Below are positions 1 through 9,360 of a stretch of DNA of 64,000 nt, piece by piece; the first letter of the stretch is position 1; every line of letters starts with the position of its first letter. The notes beneath the pieces are model-generated. The model was given only the letters and a program-made list of their open reading frames with translations, had not been told where the DNA came from and made no database searches. The position numbers and the translations under genes were made by a program. This DNA comes from Candidatus Micrarchaeota archaeon (GTDB lineage Archaea > Micrarchaeota > Micrarchaeia > Norongarragalinales > Norongarragalinaceae): NCBI GenBank assembly GCA_016207165.1, contig JACQQD010000001.1:116643-180642 (forward strand), written 5' to 3'.

Positions 1-665
1 TAGTCTTGCATGAGTTTTTGTGCGGCGTCTTTGGGCACGCCGTCGCGGCGCGCGGCAATGCTTAACCCCATGGCGCCGTAGAATCGCTTGCCTTCCGGCG
101 AACCGGTTAGAATGGATTGGATGCAGCCGAGGTCCAAAAACTTTTTGCCGTAGCTTTTCTTTTTGGGTTGGTCGTCCAATGCGCTGGCTTTGCGTTGGAT
201 GGCGTCCGGCACGTCTTGGGCGGCGGAGTCGGTGAATTTTTCGGCGATGGCTTTGCTCAAAAGGGCGTTGAGTTCCTGGTTGTTGATGGCCACCCGCCCG
301 TCGCGCGCGGTTTGGTGCACGAGGTTCTCGCCGAACCTCAGGTAGTCGGAAAGCGTCAGCGAATAGCGTTCGCCTTCCGCGTGCAGGCTTTCCAGGAAGG
401 CGCGTCCGACGGAGAGCTGTTCGTTCTTGCGGTTGATGCGTTGGACGTACTCTTCGGCTTTTTTCTTGGCGTACTTTTTTTTGACGTAGTCGCTCAAGCA
501 ACTCAAGAGTGCCTTGGAGAGGGCGTACAATTTGACGTGGCGGCCGGTGTTCTCGTAGGTGGATTCCGTGACGGGTTGTTTGAGGAACAAAATCGCGGCG
601 TCGATGTCCGCGTCGTTCAGGCCGGGCTCCAGTTGCGCTTTGGCGTCGGGAAGAAACGGGTACAT
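1..665 (-). CDS. priL: DNA primase large subunit-like protein (partial, runs off window start)
   Basis: Translated by hand (absent from ORF track): MYPFLPDAK N-terminus typical of archaeal PriL, LSDYL...LVHQ...GRV middle, CIQSIL..G..EGKRFYGA C-terminal part. Confidence 0.65.
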   Translation of the reverse strand, partial: MYPFLPDAKAQLEPGLNDADIDAAILFLKQPVTESTYENTGRHVKLYALSKALLSCLSDYVKKKYAKKKAEEYVQRINRKNEQLSVGRAFLESLHAEGERYSLTLSDYLRFGENLVHQTARDGRVAINNQELNALLSKAIAEKFTDSAAQDVPDAIQRKASALDDQPKKKSYGKKFLDLGCIQSILTGSPEGKRFYGAMGLSIAARRDGVPKDAAQKLMQD

Positions 666-767
666 GATGCATGGGCCCTGTGGCGGCCAAACTATAAATG
701 GTCTTGCGGCGCCGCGGCTTGAATCAAAGCCCGGTGTTTAAATCCGGTTTTTCCTACAATCCATGGT

Positions 768-1220
768 ATGAAGTGCCCGTACTGCGACCACGAGCAGACC
801 AAGGTGTTGGATTCGCGGGACGCCGAGGACGTGGAAGTCACGCGCCGGCGGCGCGAGTGCGAGAAATGCCAGAAGCGGTTCACCACGTACGAACGCGTGG
901 AACTCTTGGACTTGCACGTCATCAAGAAAGATGGGCGGAAGGAAAAGTTTTCCCACGACAAACTCCTCCACGGCTTGCAAAAAGCGTGCGTCAAGCTGCC
1001 GGTTACGCACGAGCAACTCGCGGATTTGGTGGACAAAGTCGAGCGGGACTTGCGGCGGAGGGCCTCCAGCGAAATTCCTTCGGCCAAAGTCGGCGAGTTG
1101 GTGCTCAAGCGGCTGAAGAAACTCAACGAAATCGCGTACATCCGTTTTGCTTCGGTGTACCGGAACTTTTCCGACTTGGATTCGTTCGTCGCGGAAGTCA
1201 AGAAACTGCAGAGCGAGTAG
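768..1220 (+). CDS. nrdR: Transcriptional repressor NrdR (Zn ribbon + ATP cone)
   Basis: MKCPYC...DSR...RRRRECEKC..RFTTYE, VIKKDG ATP cone, AYIRFASVY. Confidence 0.95.
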   Translation: MKCPYCDHEQTKVLDSRDAEDVEVTRRRRECEKCQKRFTTYERVELLDLHVIKKDGRKEKFSHDKLLHGLQKACVKLPVTHEQLADLVDKVERDLRRRASSEIPSAKVGELVLKRLKKLNEIAYIRFASVYRNFSDLDSFVAEVKKLQSE

Positions 1221-1222
1221 GC

Positions 1223-2584
1223 ATGCAACGATTTGGCCAAGTGTACCGGCAGGCTGGCAACATGCTTTTGTTTACGTGCAGTCCTTGGATTGTGGCGTTT
1301 GGACGGCCTACTTTCGAGGTGTACGGCAAGGCGGTTTCGCCGTTCGCATATTACTACCAGGGAACGCGGTTCGTCAACGTGTACGAGAAAAGCCGTTTGG
1401 ACGAGGTGGCGTACGCCGCTTTAGAAAAGCTGGGTACGCCCCAACGGTTTGAATCGGTGTACCGCAAATGGTTGGAAATCGCCCGTCGCCTGGATGAACA
1501 GTCCTGGTCGATTTACCAAGGCAACTTGGCTTCTTTTGAGTCCATGTGGCGGGAACTTGTTTCATACTGGGGTCATTCCGTTTTCATCGACTGTTTTGAC
1601 GCGGGCGTGGACTTTTTGGAAATGAGCCGCATTGCGTCGGAGCATGATTTGTCGCGGGAAGACATCCAATTGTTGACGACGCCCACGGAGTTGTCGTACT
1701 TGCAGGATTATGAACGCGAACTTTCCAACGCCGCGATTTCCGGGAACTTTTCCGAGTTTTTGCGGACATTTTACTGGTATCCGACCAACTACGTGGATTT
1801 CGGCTGCATTTCGGAAGAAAAAGCCAATGCCCTGGCCTCCGCGGCAAAACGGGAAGCTCAAAAAACGCTGAGGCTTCTTTCCGCCCAAGTCGTTTCGCTT
1901 GAAGACCGGCAGAGCGCCTTGTTGGACGACAAAGGCCTTTCGGAGAACCCGTTGTGGCTGTACCAAAAGTTGGTGGCGTGGCGGGACTTGCGCAAGCGCC
2001 TGAATTTTACGGCTTTGTTTGGCTTTGACGTTCTATGTCGGCAATGGCTGAAGGAACAGGGCATCGATCCGGAGCTTTTCGGAGCGGTTTGGCCTTTTGA
2101 GGTCTTGGAAGGCCGCGTCTTGGAGAAGACGCTCAAGGCGCGTCGGGTTCATGGCGTACTGGTTTGGGCGGATGTGGATTCGTTTGATTTTCTGGTGGGG
2201 CCGGCAGGCGCCAAAAAATTGGCGGAATTGGATGTCGGCCCGAAATCCGAAAAGCTGGAACTAAGAGGCCAGCCGGCGTGTCTGGGTCGCGTGATCGCGT
2301 CGGTGCGGATCGTGAACGACCCGTCGGAAGACTTTCATGCGGGCGAGATCTTGGTGACGGCCATGACGCGCCCTGAATTCGTGCCGTTGATGAAGAAAGC
2401 GGTAGGCATCATCACGGACGAGGGCGGCATCACCTCGCATGCGGCCGTGGTGTCCCGCGAGTTGAACAAGCCATGCATCGTCGGAACGCAGGTTGCCACG
2501 CGCAAGCTCAGAACCGGTGACGTGGTGGAACTGGACGCGTTTCACGGATTGGTCAGGAGCGCGCAACTGATTCGTTCGCCCTGA
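1223..2584 (+). CDS. Protein with C-terminal PEP-utilising phosphohistidine (mobile) domain
   Basis: ILVTAMTRPEFVPLM...TDEGGITSHAAVVSRE..KPCIVG; ATG 1223 lies just after the nrdR stop. Confidence 0.8.
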   Translation: MQRFGQVYRQAGNMLLFTCSPWIVAFGRPTFEVYGKAVSPFAYYYQGTRFVNVYEKSRLDEVAYAALEKLGTPQRFESVYRKWLEIARRLDEQSWSIYQGNLASFESMWRELVSYWGHSVFIDCFDAGVDFLEMSRIASEHDLSREDIQLLTTPTELSYLQDYERELSNAAISGNFSEFLRTFYWYPTNYVDFGCISEEKANALASAAKREAQKTLRLLSAQVVSLEDRQSALLDDKGLSENPLWLYQKLVAWRDLRKRLNFTALFGFDVLCRQWLKEQGIDPELFGAVWPFEVLEGRVLEKTLKARRVHGVLVWADVDSFDFLVGPAGAKKLAELDVGPKSEKLELRGQPACLGRVIASVRIVNDPSEDFHAGEILVTAMTRPEFVPLMKKAVGIITDEGGITSHAAVVSRELNKPCIVGTQVATRKLRTGDVVELDAFHGLVRSAQLIRSP

Positions 2585-2667
2585 CGCGGTTTCCGCCTCT
2601 TTTTTCCCGGGGTCTGTCTTTTGCCGTTTCCGCGCGTTTTTATTTGCGGGCGCCGTGATGAAGGGTC

Positions 2668-4575
2668 ATGAGCCTGGACGTCAGCCAATTGCCCGTCATT
2701 GCGTTGGGCGTCATTACGTTAGTCGCTCTTCTGGTCGGCGTCTTGTTCACGCGCCTGGGCTTGTCATCGTCGTTGGGCTACATTTTCTCCGGCATTTTTT
2801 TGGGGCCCATGGCCTTGGGCTTCATGGTGCCGGGCGAGCCCATCACGCTTTTGTTTGGCGAGATCGGCGTTTTGATGCTCTTGTTTTACTTGGGCTTGGA
2901 GTTGAGCATCGAGAAATTCAAGAAGAACGGCGTGGTGGCGCTGATTTTGGCGTCCGTGGAAATGGCGACGGCGTTTGTGGCGGGCTTTGCGGTCGCCAAG
3001 TTCTTCGGTTTCGGGGATGTGGAGGCCATCGTGGTCGGTTCGCTTTTGCCGGCCACGTCCACCGTGATCGCGCTGAAATTCATGCTGGAGAAAAAGATTT
3101 TGGACCGCTTCGAATCGCAGATTGCCGTGAGCGCCTTGATCATTGAGGACTTCTTCGCGATTTTGGTCCTGGTTCTTCTGACCAGTTTTTCGGCGGCCAC
3201 GTCGTTTAACTTCCTGGTTTTAAACGGCTTGTTTTTCGTGGTGGCCATGTTCGTCGTGGTGCGGCGCTTCTCCCCGTTGGCGTTATCCTACTTGGCCCAA
3301 ATCGGCCACGAGGACAAGATGGCGTTGTATGCCGTGGGCGTGGGCATCGTGGTGGGCTACTTCGGGCAGCTTTTGGGCCTCTCGCCGGCGTTGGGCGCGT
3401 ATTTTGCCGGGTTTGCGCTGGCGGAGTCCAAGTACGGCGTGCGCATCAAGCGGGAACTGGGCCTGTTTCGCGAATTTTTCATCCTGTTTTTCTTCGTCTC
3501 GTTTGGCGCCACCGTGATCTTTCCGGCGTCCATCACCCTCTACGCGCTTTTGGCGTGCTTGTTGGTCGCCTACTTGGTGGCCAAGATTCTCGCGTACGGC
3601 GTTTTCGGGTCCGCCATTGGGTTGAACACGAAGTCGGCGATCACCACGGGCATGCTCATGCTTTCCATCGGCGAGTTCTCCATCATCATTGCCGCCGCCG
3701 CGGCCCCCCTGGTGTCCAATCCCGCGGACATCACGGCGTTGGCGTTTCTGTTGACGATCACCACTGGCTTTTTGGCGCCGGTGTGCTTTGCGCGCAGCGA
3801 CCGGATCGCGGACGCGTTTCTCCGCGTCTACCCCAAACGCATCCGGAATGCGTTGTCGGTGGTGGGCCAGGAAATGCATGCCGTGGAGGCGTTCTCCAAG
3901 GCGTTTGAAAAGCCGTTCTGGCGATCGGTGCAGAACCTGTTGGCGAATTTTGTTATCGCGTTGGCCGTGGTCTACGTGGCCGCGCTTCTCAATACGTACT
4001 TCATCTTTCCGGCGTTTCCCGATCTTCCTTCTTCCGCCACCCTGGCGGTGTTGGTGTTGCCCTTCATCGTGTGGCCGATTTACCGGTCGCTGCAGGAACT
4101 GAAATTCCTCGTCGAAACCTTGGTGCGGCACCTGGTTCACCCCGTTTTGGTGGAGCGCGCATCGGAGTTGTTTGTCGGAACGTTTTTGGCGCTCTCCAGC
4201 CTCTTCGTAGCCGCGTGGCTGTACTTCCAGAAGACGCCGCCGCTGTTCATCCTGCTTCCCGGCGTCTACTTCGTTCTGGCTTTGGTGTTTCTTTCGCGGG
4301 CCGTGTGGTCGTTTTTCGACCGGTTGGAATCCGTGGCTTCTTTGGCCGGCGGCGCGGACGCGTCCACCCGGCGTTTGGCCAACGCGTTTGACGCGGAAGG
4401 CTTGGCCTTGGACCGGTTGAATGACCTGCGGGTCGTGTCCAAGGACAAGATATCCAGCGCGCTTCGGTCCGGCAAGCCTGGCTTGGCCCGCAAGCGGTTG
4501 TCGGATTTCCAAAAAGACCGGTCCCGGTTGCTCCGACCCGCTTCTTTCCGCCGGAGCCGAAAGCCCCGCCGCTGA
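2668..4575 (+). CDS. CPA2/Kef-family cation:proton antiporter
   Basis: Many TM helices, EIGV.MLLF.LGLE, LIIED, LGAYFAG, IGEFS motifs. Confidence 0.9.
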   Translation: MSLDVSQLPVIALGVITLVALLVGVLFTRLGLSSSLGYIFSGIFLGPMALGFMVPGEPITLLFGEIGVLMLLFYLGLELSIEKFKKNGVVALILASVEMATAFVAGFAVAKFFGFGDVEAIVVGSLLPATSTVIALKFMLEKKILDRFESQIAVSALIIEDFFAILVLVLLTSFSAATSFNFLVLNGLFFVVAMFVVVRRFSPLALSYLAQIGHEDKMALYAVGVGIVVGYFGQLLGLSPALGAYFAGFALAESKYGVRIKRELGLFREFFILFFFVSFGATVIFPASITLYALLACLLVAYLVAKILAYGVFGSAIGLNTKSAITTGMLMLSIGEFSIIIAAAAAPLVSNPADITALAFLLTITTGFLAPVCFARSDRIADAFLRVYPKRIRNALSVVGQEMHAVEAFSKAFEKPFWRSVQNLLANFVIALAVVYVAALLNTYFIFPAFPDLPSSATLAVLVLPFIVWPIYRSLQELKFLVETLVRHLVHPVLVERASELFVGTFLALSSLFVAAWLYFQKTPPLFILLPGVYFVLALVFLSRAVWSFFDRLESVASLAGGADASTRRLANAFDAEGLALDRLNDLRVVSKDKISSALRSGKPGLARKRLSDFQKDRSRLLRPASFRRSRKPRR

Positions 4576-4632
4576 CCCCCGCGTTTCCAACCCGCTTCCG
4601 GATGCCTGGCGAGTTCGTCGTTAGACGTAAAA

Positions 4633-4693
4633 ACACTATGGGTGGTGGTTGACTGTTGTTTTTGATACCATATCTGGGCAATACTTATTTATA
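4633..4693 (+). promoter_or_regulatory. Two tandem NrdR-box-like operators (4633-4648, 4665-4680) followed by a TATA-like box (4688-4693)
   Basis: acaCTATGGGTGGtgg and ataCCATATCTGGgca resemble the consensus acaCwAtATaTwGtg, are 32 bp apart and lie upstream of nrdA. Confidence 0.6.
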
Positions 4694-4781
4694 GGGGTCA
4701 ACCGAAATGAACCGGGGCAGTCCGTTTGGGTAGCGGGTGGCCATGCCCTTTCGGGATCGTTTTCCAGGTGGTGTTTTTTTG

Positions 4782-7637
4782 ATGGAGGCTTCCAAACTTC
4801 TCATTTCCAAGCGCAACGGCGACGTAGTCGCCTTCGATTCGGCGCGCATCGAGAACGCGATTACCAAGGCCGTCATTGCCAGCTCCAGTGACGTGCCCGC
4901 GGCGCAGGTTCAAGAGCTCACGCGCGAGATTGTGGGGGAGGTCCGGGAGCGCTTCGTCGACTTTTTCCCGAACGTGGAAAACATCCAGGACATCGTGGAG
5001 AAGCACCTCGTCAAATCCGGCCTTTACGAGGTCGCCAAGTCGTACATTTTGTACCGGGCCAAGCGCCAGAAAGAGCGTGAGGAAGAACGAAGGAAAAACA
5101 TCGAAAAGACGTTGTTGGGCAAGCTGACCGTCCAGAAGCGGGACGGGCGGCTGGTATTGTTTGATTTCCGCAAGTTCAAGGAGGCCGTGGCGCGTCACGC
5201 GCGGGATCTGGAGGGCGTGGACGTGGACAAGGTCTGCCACGAGGCCATCAAGAACATTTACGATGGCGTGCCCACCCAGGAAATCGAGCGGGCCTTGGTG
5301 TTGGCGTGCATTTCGTTCATCGAGAAGGACCCGGCCTACGATTACCTGTCCGCGCGCGTGTTTTTGCAGAAGCTTTACAAGGAAGTCATTGGCCTGTCGG
5401 TCACCGAAGGCGTGCTGGAGGCCGGTTACCGCGACGCGTTCGTCCGCGGGATCCGGGACGGCGTGTCCCGGGGCCTGTTTGACCCCCGCATGGCGGAATT
5501 TGATTTGAAGAAGATGGCGCAGGGCCTTATCGTCGAGCGCGATGGCCTGTTCAAGTACATGGGCATCCAGACGCTGTACGACCGCTATTTTGCGAAGTGG
5601 GAAAACCAGCGGCGCGAGTTGCCTCAAGCGTTTTGGATGCGCGTGGCCATGGGTTTGGCGTTGGAAGAGGAAAACCGTGAGGAAAAGGCGTTGGGGTTCT
5701 ACGAATTGCTGTCGTCCATGCGCTTCGTCTCGTCCACGCCGACGCTGTTTCACGCCGGTACCCTGCACCCCCAGCTTTCCTCGTGTTACTTGACGACGGT
5801 GGAGGATGATTTGACGCACATTTTCAAGTGCATCGGCGACAACGCCCAACTTTCAAAATGGTCCGGGGGCTTGGGCAACGACTGGACGAACGTCCGCGCC
5901 ACGGGCGCCTGGATCAAGTCCACGGGCGTGGAGAGCCAGGGCGTGGTGCCGTTTCTGAAGATCGCCAACGACGTGACGGTGGCGATCAACCGTTCCGGGA
6001 AACGCCGGGGGGCCACATGCGCGTATTTGGAGACGTGGCACTTGGACATCGAGGACTTCCTGGATTTGCGGAAGAACACCGGAGATGACCGCCGGCGCAC
6101 GCACGACATGAATACGGCGAACTGGATTCCCGATCTTTTCATGCAACGCGTTTTAAGCGATGGGTCCTGGACGCTGTTCACGCCCAACGAGGTGCCGGAA
6201 TTGCATCACGTGTTTGGCGACGCGTTCAAGAAGAAATACGAGGAATGCGAACTGAAAGCGCGCGAGGGAAAAATCCGTAAATTCAAGGTGGTCTCGGCGC
6301 AAAAGCTGTGGCGCCGCATGCTGTCGAGTTTGTTTGAGACGGGTCACCCGTGGGTCACGTTCAAGGATCCCTGCAACATTCGTTCCCCTCAGGACCACGT
6401 GGGCGTCGTGCACTCGTCGAACCTCTGCACGGAAATCACGTTGAACACGTCCTCGGAGGAGACGGCCGTGTGCAACCTGGGTTCCGTCAACTTGGAGCGG
6501 CACGTGATTGACGGGCGACTGGACGAGGACCTTTTAGCGGAGACGGTCCACACGGCGATTCGCATGCTGGACAACGTCATCGACATCAACTTTTATCCCA
6601 CCACCGAGGCCAAAACGTCCAACGTGCGCCACCGGCCCATTGGTTTAGGCATCATGGGCTTTCAGGACGCCTTGTTCAAGTTGGACTTGGCGTTCGAGTC
6701 CAAGGGCGCCTTGGAGTTTTCCGGCCGCAGCATGGAGTTTGTTTCTTTCCATGCGATTTTGGCGTCGTCCCGTCTGGCCCAGGAACGGGGCCCGTATGAG
6801 TCCTACCGGGGTTCCAAGTGGGACCGAGGCCTCATGCCTTTGGACACGTTGGACCTCTTGGAAAAAGAGCGCGGCATGAGGGTGGACGTTTCGCGGCACG
6901 CTTCCATGGATTGGACGCCGGTGCGCGAGCACGTGAAGCGACACGGCATGCGCAACTCCAATACCATGGCCATTGCGCCAACGGCCACGATTTCCAACGT
7001 TTCGGGGTGTTTTCCGTCCATCGAACCGATTTACAAGAACTTGTACGTCAAGGCCAACATTTCCGGCGAGTTCACCGTCGTCAACGCGTACCTGGTGGAG
7101 GACCTCAAGAAACTCGGGCTTTGGGACCAGGAAATGCTGGACCAACTCAAGTACTACGACGGCAGCGTACAAAGCCTTGCGCGCGTGCCGGACCCGCTCA
7201 AGGCCAAGTACAAGGAGGCCTTTGAAGTCGATCCGGAGTTCATGATCAAAATGGCGGCGGAACGCGGCAAGTGGATTGACCAAAGCCAGTCGCTCAACGT
7301 GTTTCTCAAGGGCACGTCCGGAAAGCAGTTGTCCGACGTGTACCTGGCGGCGTGGCGCATGGGTTTGAAGACCACGTATTACTTGCGGACACTGGCCGCC
7401 TCGCAAATCGAGAAGTCGACTCTGGACGCGTCCAAGTTTGGCTTCACCCAGAAGCGCGAGTACGCGGAAGTGCCGGAACAACCAGACGCCAAGGCGTTCA
7501 CTGTCCAAGCCGGGCCGGAGGCAGACCGTGCCGTGGTTCACGCCGTAACGCCGCCTCTGAAGTCCCTGATGCCGGCGTCGGATGCCGCACCCAAGACGTG
7601 TTCGATTCTGGACCCGGATTGCGAGGCCTGCCAGTAA
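4782..7637 (+). CDS. nrdA: Ribonucleotide reductase class I alpha subunit with two N-terminal ATP cones
   Basis: Two KR.G ATP cones, PTLFHAG, QLSSCY, SSNLCTEI, APTATIS, KTTYYLR, C-terminal CEAC. Confidence 0.95.
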   Translation: MEASKLLISKRNGDVVAFDSARIENAITKAVIASSSDVPAAQVQELTREIVGEVRERFVDFFPNVENIQDIVEKHLVKSGLYEVAKSYILYRAKRQKEREEERRKNIEKTLLGKLTVQKRDGRLVLFDFRKFKEAVARHARDLEGVDVDKVCHEAIKNIYDGVPTQEIERALVLACISFIEKDPAYDYLSARVFLQKLYKEVIGLSVTEGVLEAGYRDAFVRGIRDGVSRGLFDPRMAEFDLKKMAQGLIVERDGLFKYMGIQTLYDRYFAKWENQRRELPQAFWMRVAMGLALEEENREEKALGFYELLSSMRFVSSTPTLFHAGTLHPQLSSCYLTTVEDDLTHIFKCIGDNAQLSKWSGGLGNDWTNVRATGAWIKSTGVESQGVVPFLKIANDVTVAINRSGKRRGATCAYLETWHLDIEDFLDLRKNTGDDRRRTHDMNTANWIPDLFMQRVLSDGSWTLFTPNEVPELHHVFGDAFKKKYEECELKAREGKIRKFKVVSAQKLWRRMLSSLFETGHPWVTFKDPCNIRSPQDHVGVVHSSNLCTEITLNTSSEETAVCNLGSVNLERHVIDGRLDEDLLAETVHTAIRMLDNVIDINFYPTTEAKTSNVRHRPIGLGIMGFQDALFKLDLAFESKGALEFSGRSMEFVSFHAILASSRLAQERGPYESYRGSKWDRGLMPLDTLDLLEKERGMRVDVSRHASMDWTPVREHVKRHGMRNSNTMAIAPTATISNVSGCFPSIEPIYKNLYVKANISGEFTVVNAYLVEDLKKLGLWDQEMLDQLKYYDGSVQSLARVPDPLKAKYKEAFEVDPEFMIKMAAERGKWIDQSQSLNVFLKGTSGKQLSDVYLAAWRMGLKTTYYLRTLAASQIEKSTLDASKFGFTQKREYAEVPEQPDAKAFTVQAGPEADRAVVHAVTPPLKSLMPASDAAPKTCSILDPDCEACQ

Positions 7638-7762
7638 GGTGAATTGTCATGAGCATCATCAACAATCCCAGGACCGCGGGAGGCTCCGCCTCCCCCAGTC
7701 CCATGGTCCCCCTGACCCCTCCGACTCAAGGTGAATTGACATGAGCATCATTAACAATCCCA
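7636..7762 (+). repeat. 35-bp direct repeat (7636-7670 / 7728-7762) of the nrdB RBS and start, flanking a 57-bp hairpin element
   Basis: aaggtgaattgtcatgagcatcatcaacaatccca vs aaggtgaattgacatgagcatcattaacaatccca (33/35 identical). Confidence 0.9.
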
Positions 7763-8736
7763 AAACCGATCCGAACAAGATTCTGCCCATGAAGTACTTG
7801 TGGGCGCGCGAGCACTACAAAAGCGGTGTGGCGAACAACTGGGTGCCGGAGGAAGTCTCCATGCAGAAAGACGTGGAGCAGTGGAAGGATCCAAGCGTCT
7901 TGTCGGAAACGGAGCGCCGCATGATTTTGTGGAACCTCGGCTTTTTCTCGACGGCGGAGTCCCTCACGGCCAACAACATCGTTTTGGCGGTGTACAACCA
8001 CGTGACGAACCCCGAATGCCGCCAGTACTTGTTGAGGCAGGCGTACGAGGAGGCCGTGCACACCGACACGTTCATTTACTGCTGTGATACGCTGGGCTTG
8101 GATCCCGAGGAAATCTACAACATGTACAAGACCATTCCGTCCATCAAGAAGAAAGACGACTTCGTCGTTGACCTGACCAAATCGATTTTCGACCCGCACT
8201 TTACCACGGAAGGCACGCAGAACATTCAGGCTTTTTTGCGGGACTTGGTGGGTTTCTACGTCATCATGGAGGGCATCTTCTTTTACGCGGGCTTCGCCAT
8301 GATGTTGGCGCTCAAGCGGCAGAACAAGATGGTGGGCGTGGGCGAGCAGTTCGAGTACATCATGCGGGACGAGAGCCTGCACTTGGCGTTTGGCTGTGAC
8401 TTGATCAACCAGATCAAGGCGGAATTTCCCCAGGCGTGGACGCAGGAGTTCCAGGACGAAATCGTTGACTTGGTCAAAAAATCCGTGGTCTTGGAGCAGA
8501 CGTACGCCGACGACGCGTGTCCGCAAGGGCTTTTGGGCATCAATTCCAAGGAATTCAAGAAATACGTTGAGTACATTGCGGACCGGCGGCTGTTGAGACT
8601 GGACTTGCCGAAGGTCTACAACCGGGAAAACCCGTTTCCCTGGATGAGCACGGCGACCGACTTGAACAAGGAAAAGAATTTCTTCGAGACGCGGGTCACG
8701 GAGTACCAGACCGCCGGATCGCTTGAATGGGATTGA
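7741..8736 (+). CDS. nrdB: Ribonucleotide reductase beta subunit, class Ic (Mn/Fe)-like
   Basis: FFSTAESL, EEAVHTDTF, MEGIFFYAGF, RDESLH, EKNFFETRVTEY. Confidence 0.93.
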   Translation: MSIINNPKTDPNKILPMKYLWAREHYKSGVANNWVPEEVSMQKDVEQWKDPSVLSETERRMILWNLGFFSTAESLTANNIVLAVYNHVTNPECRQYLLRQAYEEAVHTDTFIYCCDTLGLDPEEIYNMYKTIPSIKKKDDFVVDLTKSIFDPHFTTEGTQNIQAFLRDLVGFYVIMEGIFFYAGFAMMLALKRQNKMVGVGEQFEYIMRDESLHLAFGCDLINQIKAEFPQAWTQEFQDEIVDLVKKSVVLEQTYADDACPQGLLGINSKEFKKYVEYIADRRLLRLDLPKVYNRENPFPWMSTATDLNKEKNFFETRVTEYQTAGSLEWD

Positions 8737-8774
8737 CTTTTAGTTTTTTTCTTTTTTCCCAGGCGAAAAGCACT

Positions 8775-9326
8775 CTAGCTTTTTTTCTTCTTTTTCGCAA
8801 GCGCCGGCTGCCTTTCGGTTTTGTGCGTTTTGTCGTGGGAGTCTTCGTGGAAGACGCGTCGGCCGGAGAGCTTGAGGTTGGCCCAATTCAACACCACGAA
8901 CGTGACGAAGTACGACGCCATGGCGTGCACGCTGGTCCAGCCGTTGGCGTACGTCAACAACTTGTAATCCAAGAGCAGGCCTTCAATGCCGACGCCGACC
9001 ATGGCCAGCAACAGCGACGTGGACACGACGTACAAGGCGTCGGCGCGGGGCTGCATGATGAGGTGGTAGGCCATGCCGGCCAGAATCGCGATGAAGACGA
9101 CTTGGATGGGAACCGCCCACAGGAACAGGGGGCTTCCAAAGGAAGTCCAGAGCCCGGCTTGTGCGCCGAAGTTTTCGAACACGAAGTCAGCCAGCGCCAG
9201 AAACAATCCGAGGAGAATCGCTTTTTTCAGGGTTTCCGCATTGGGGCGGAGGTAGGCGATGATTGTGGCGAGGAGGCCGACTCCCAACGCAAAAAGGTAC
9301 GTCCACAACGTGATTTCGACGAGCAT
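8775..9326 (-). CDS. Hypothetical multi-pass membrane protein
   Basis: About 5 hydrophobic segments. Confidence 0.7.
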   Translation of the reverse strand: MLVEITLWTYLFALGVGLLATIIAYLRPNAETLKKAILLGLFLALADFVFENFGAQAGLWTSFGSPLFLWAVPIQVVFIAILAGMAYHLIMQPRADALYVVSTSLLLAMVGVGIEGLLLDYKLLTYANGWTSVHAMASYFVTFVVLNWANLKLSGRRVFHEDSHDKTHKTERQPALAKKKKKS

Positions 9327-9360
9327 GGAAGGCTTACGCGGACTTGGTTTTTAAACCATT

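Noticed and set aside
117-722. 201-aa + strand ORF
   Set aside because: It is the antisense shadow of the priL-like gene on the minus strand
698-1222. N-terminal extension of the 628-aa ORF
   Set aside because: It overlaps nrdR in another frame; the real start is most likely ATG 1223
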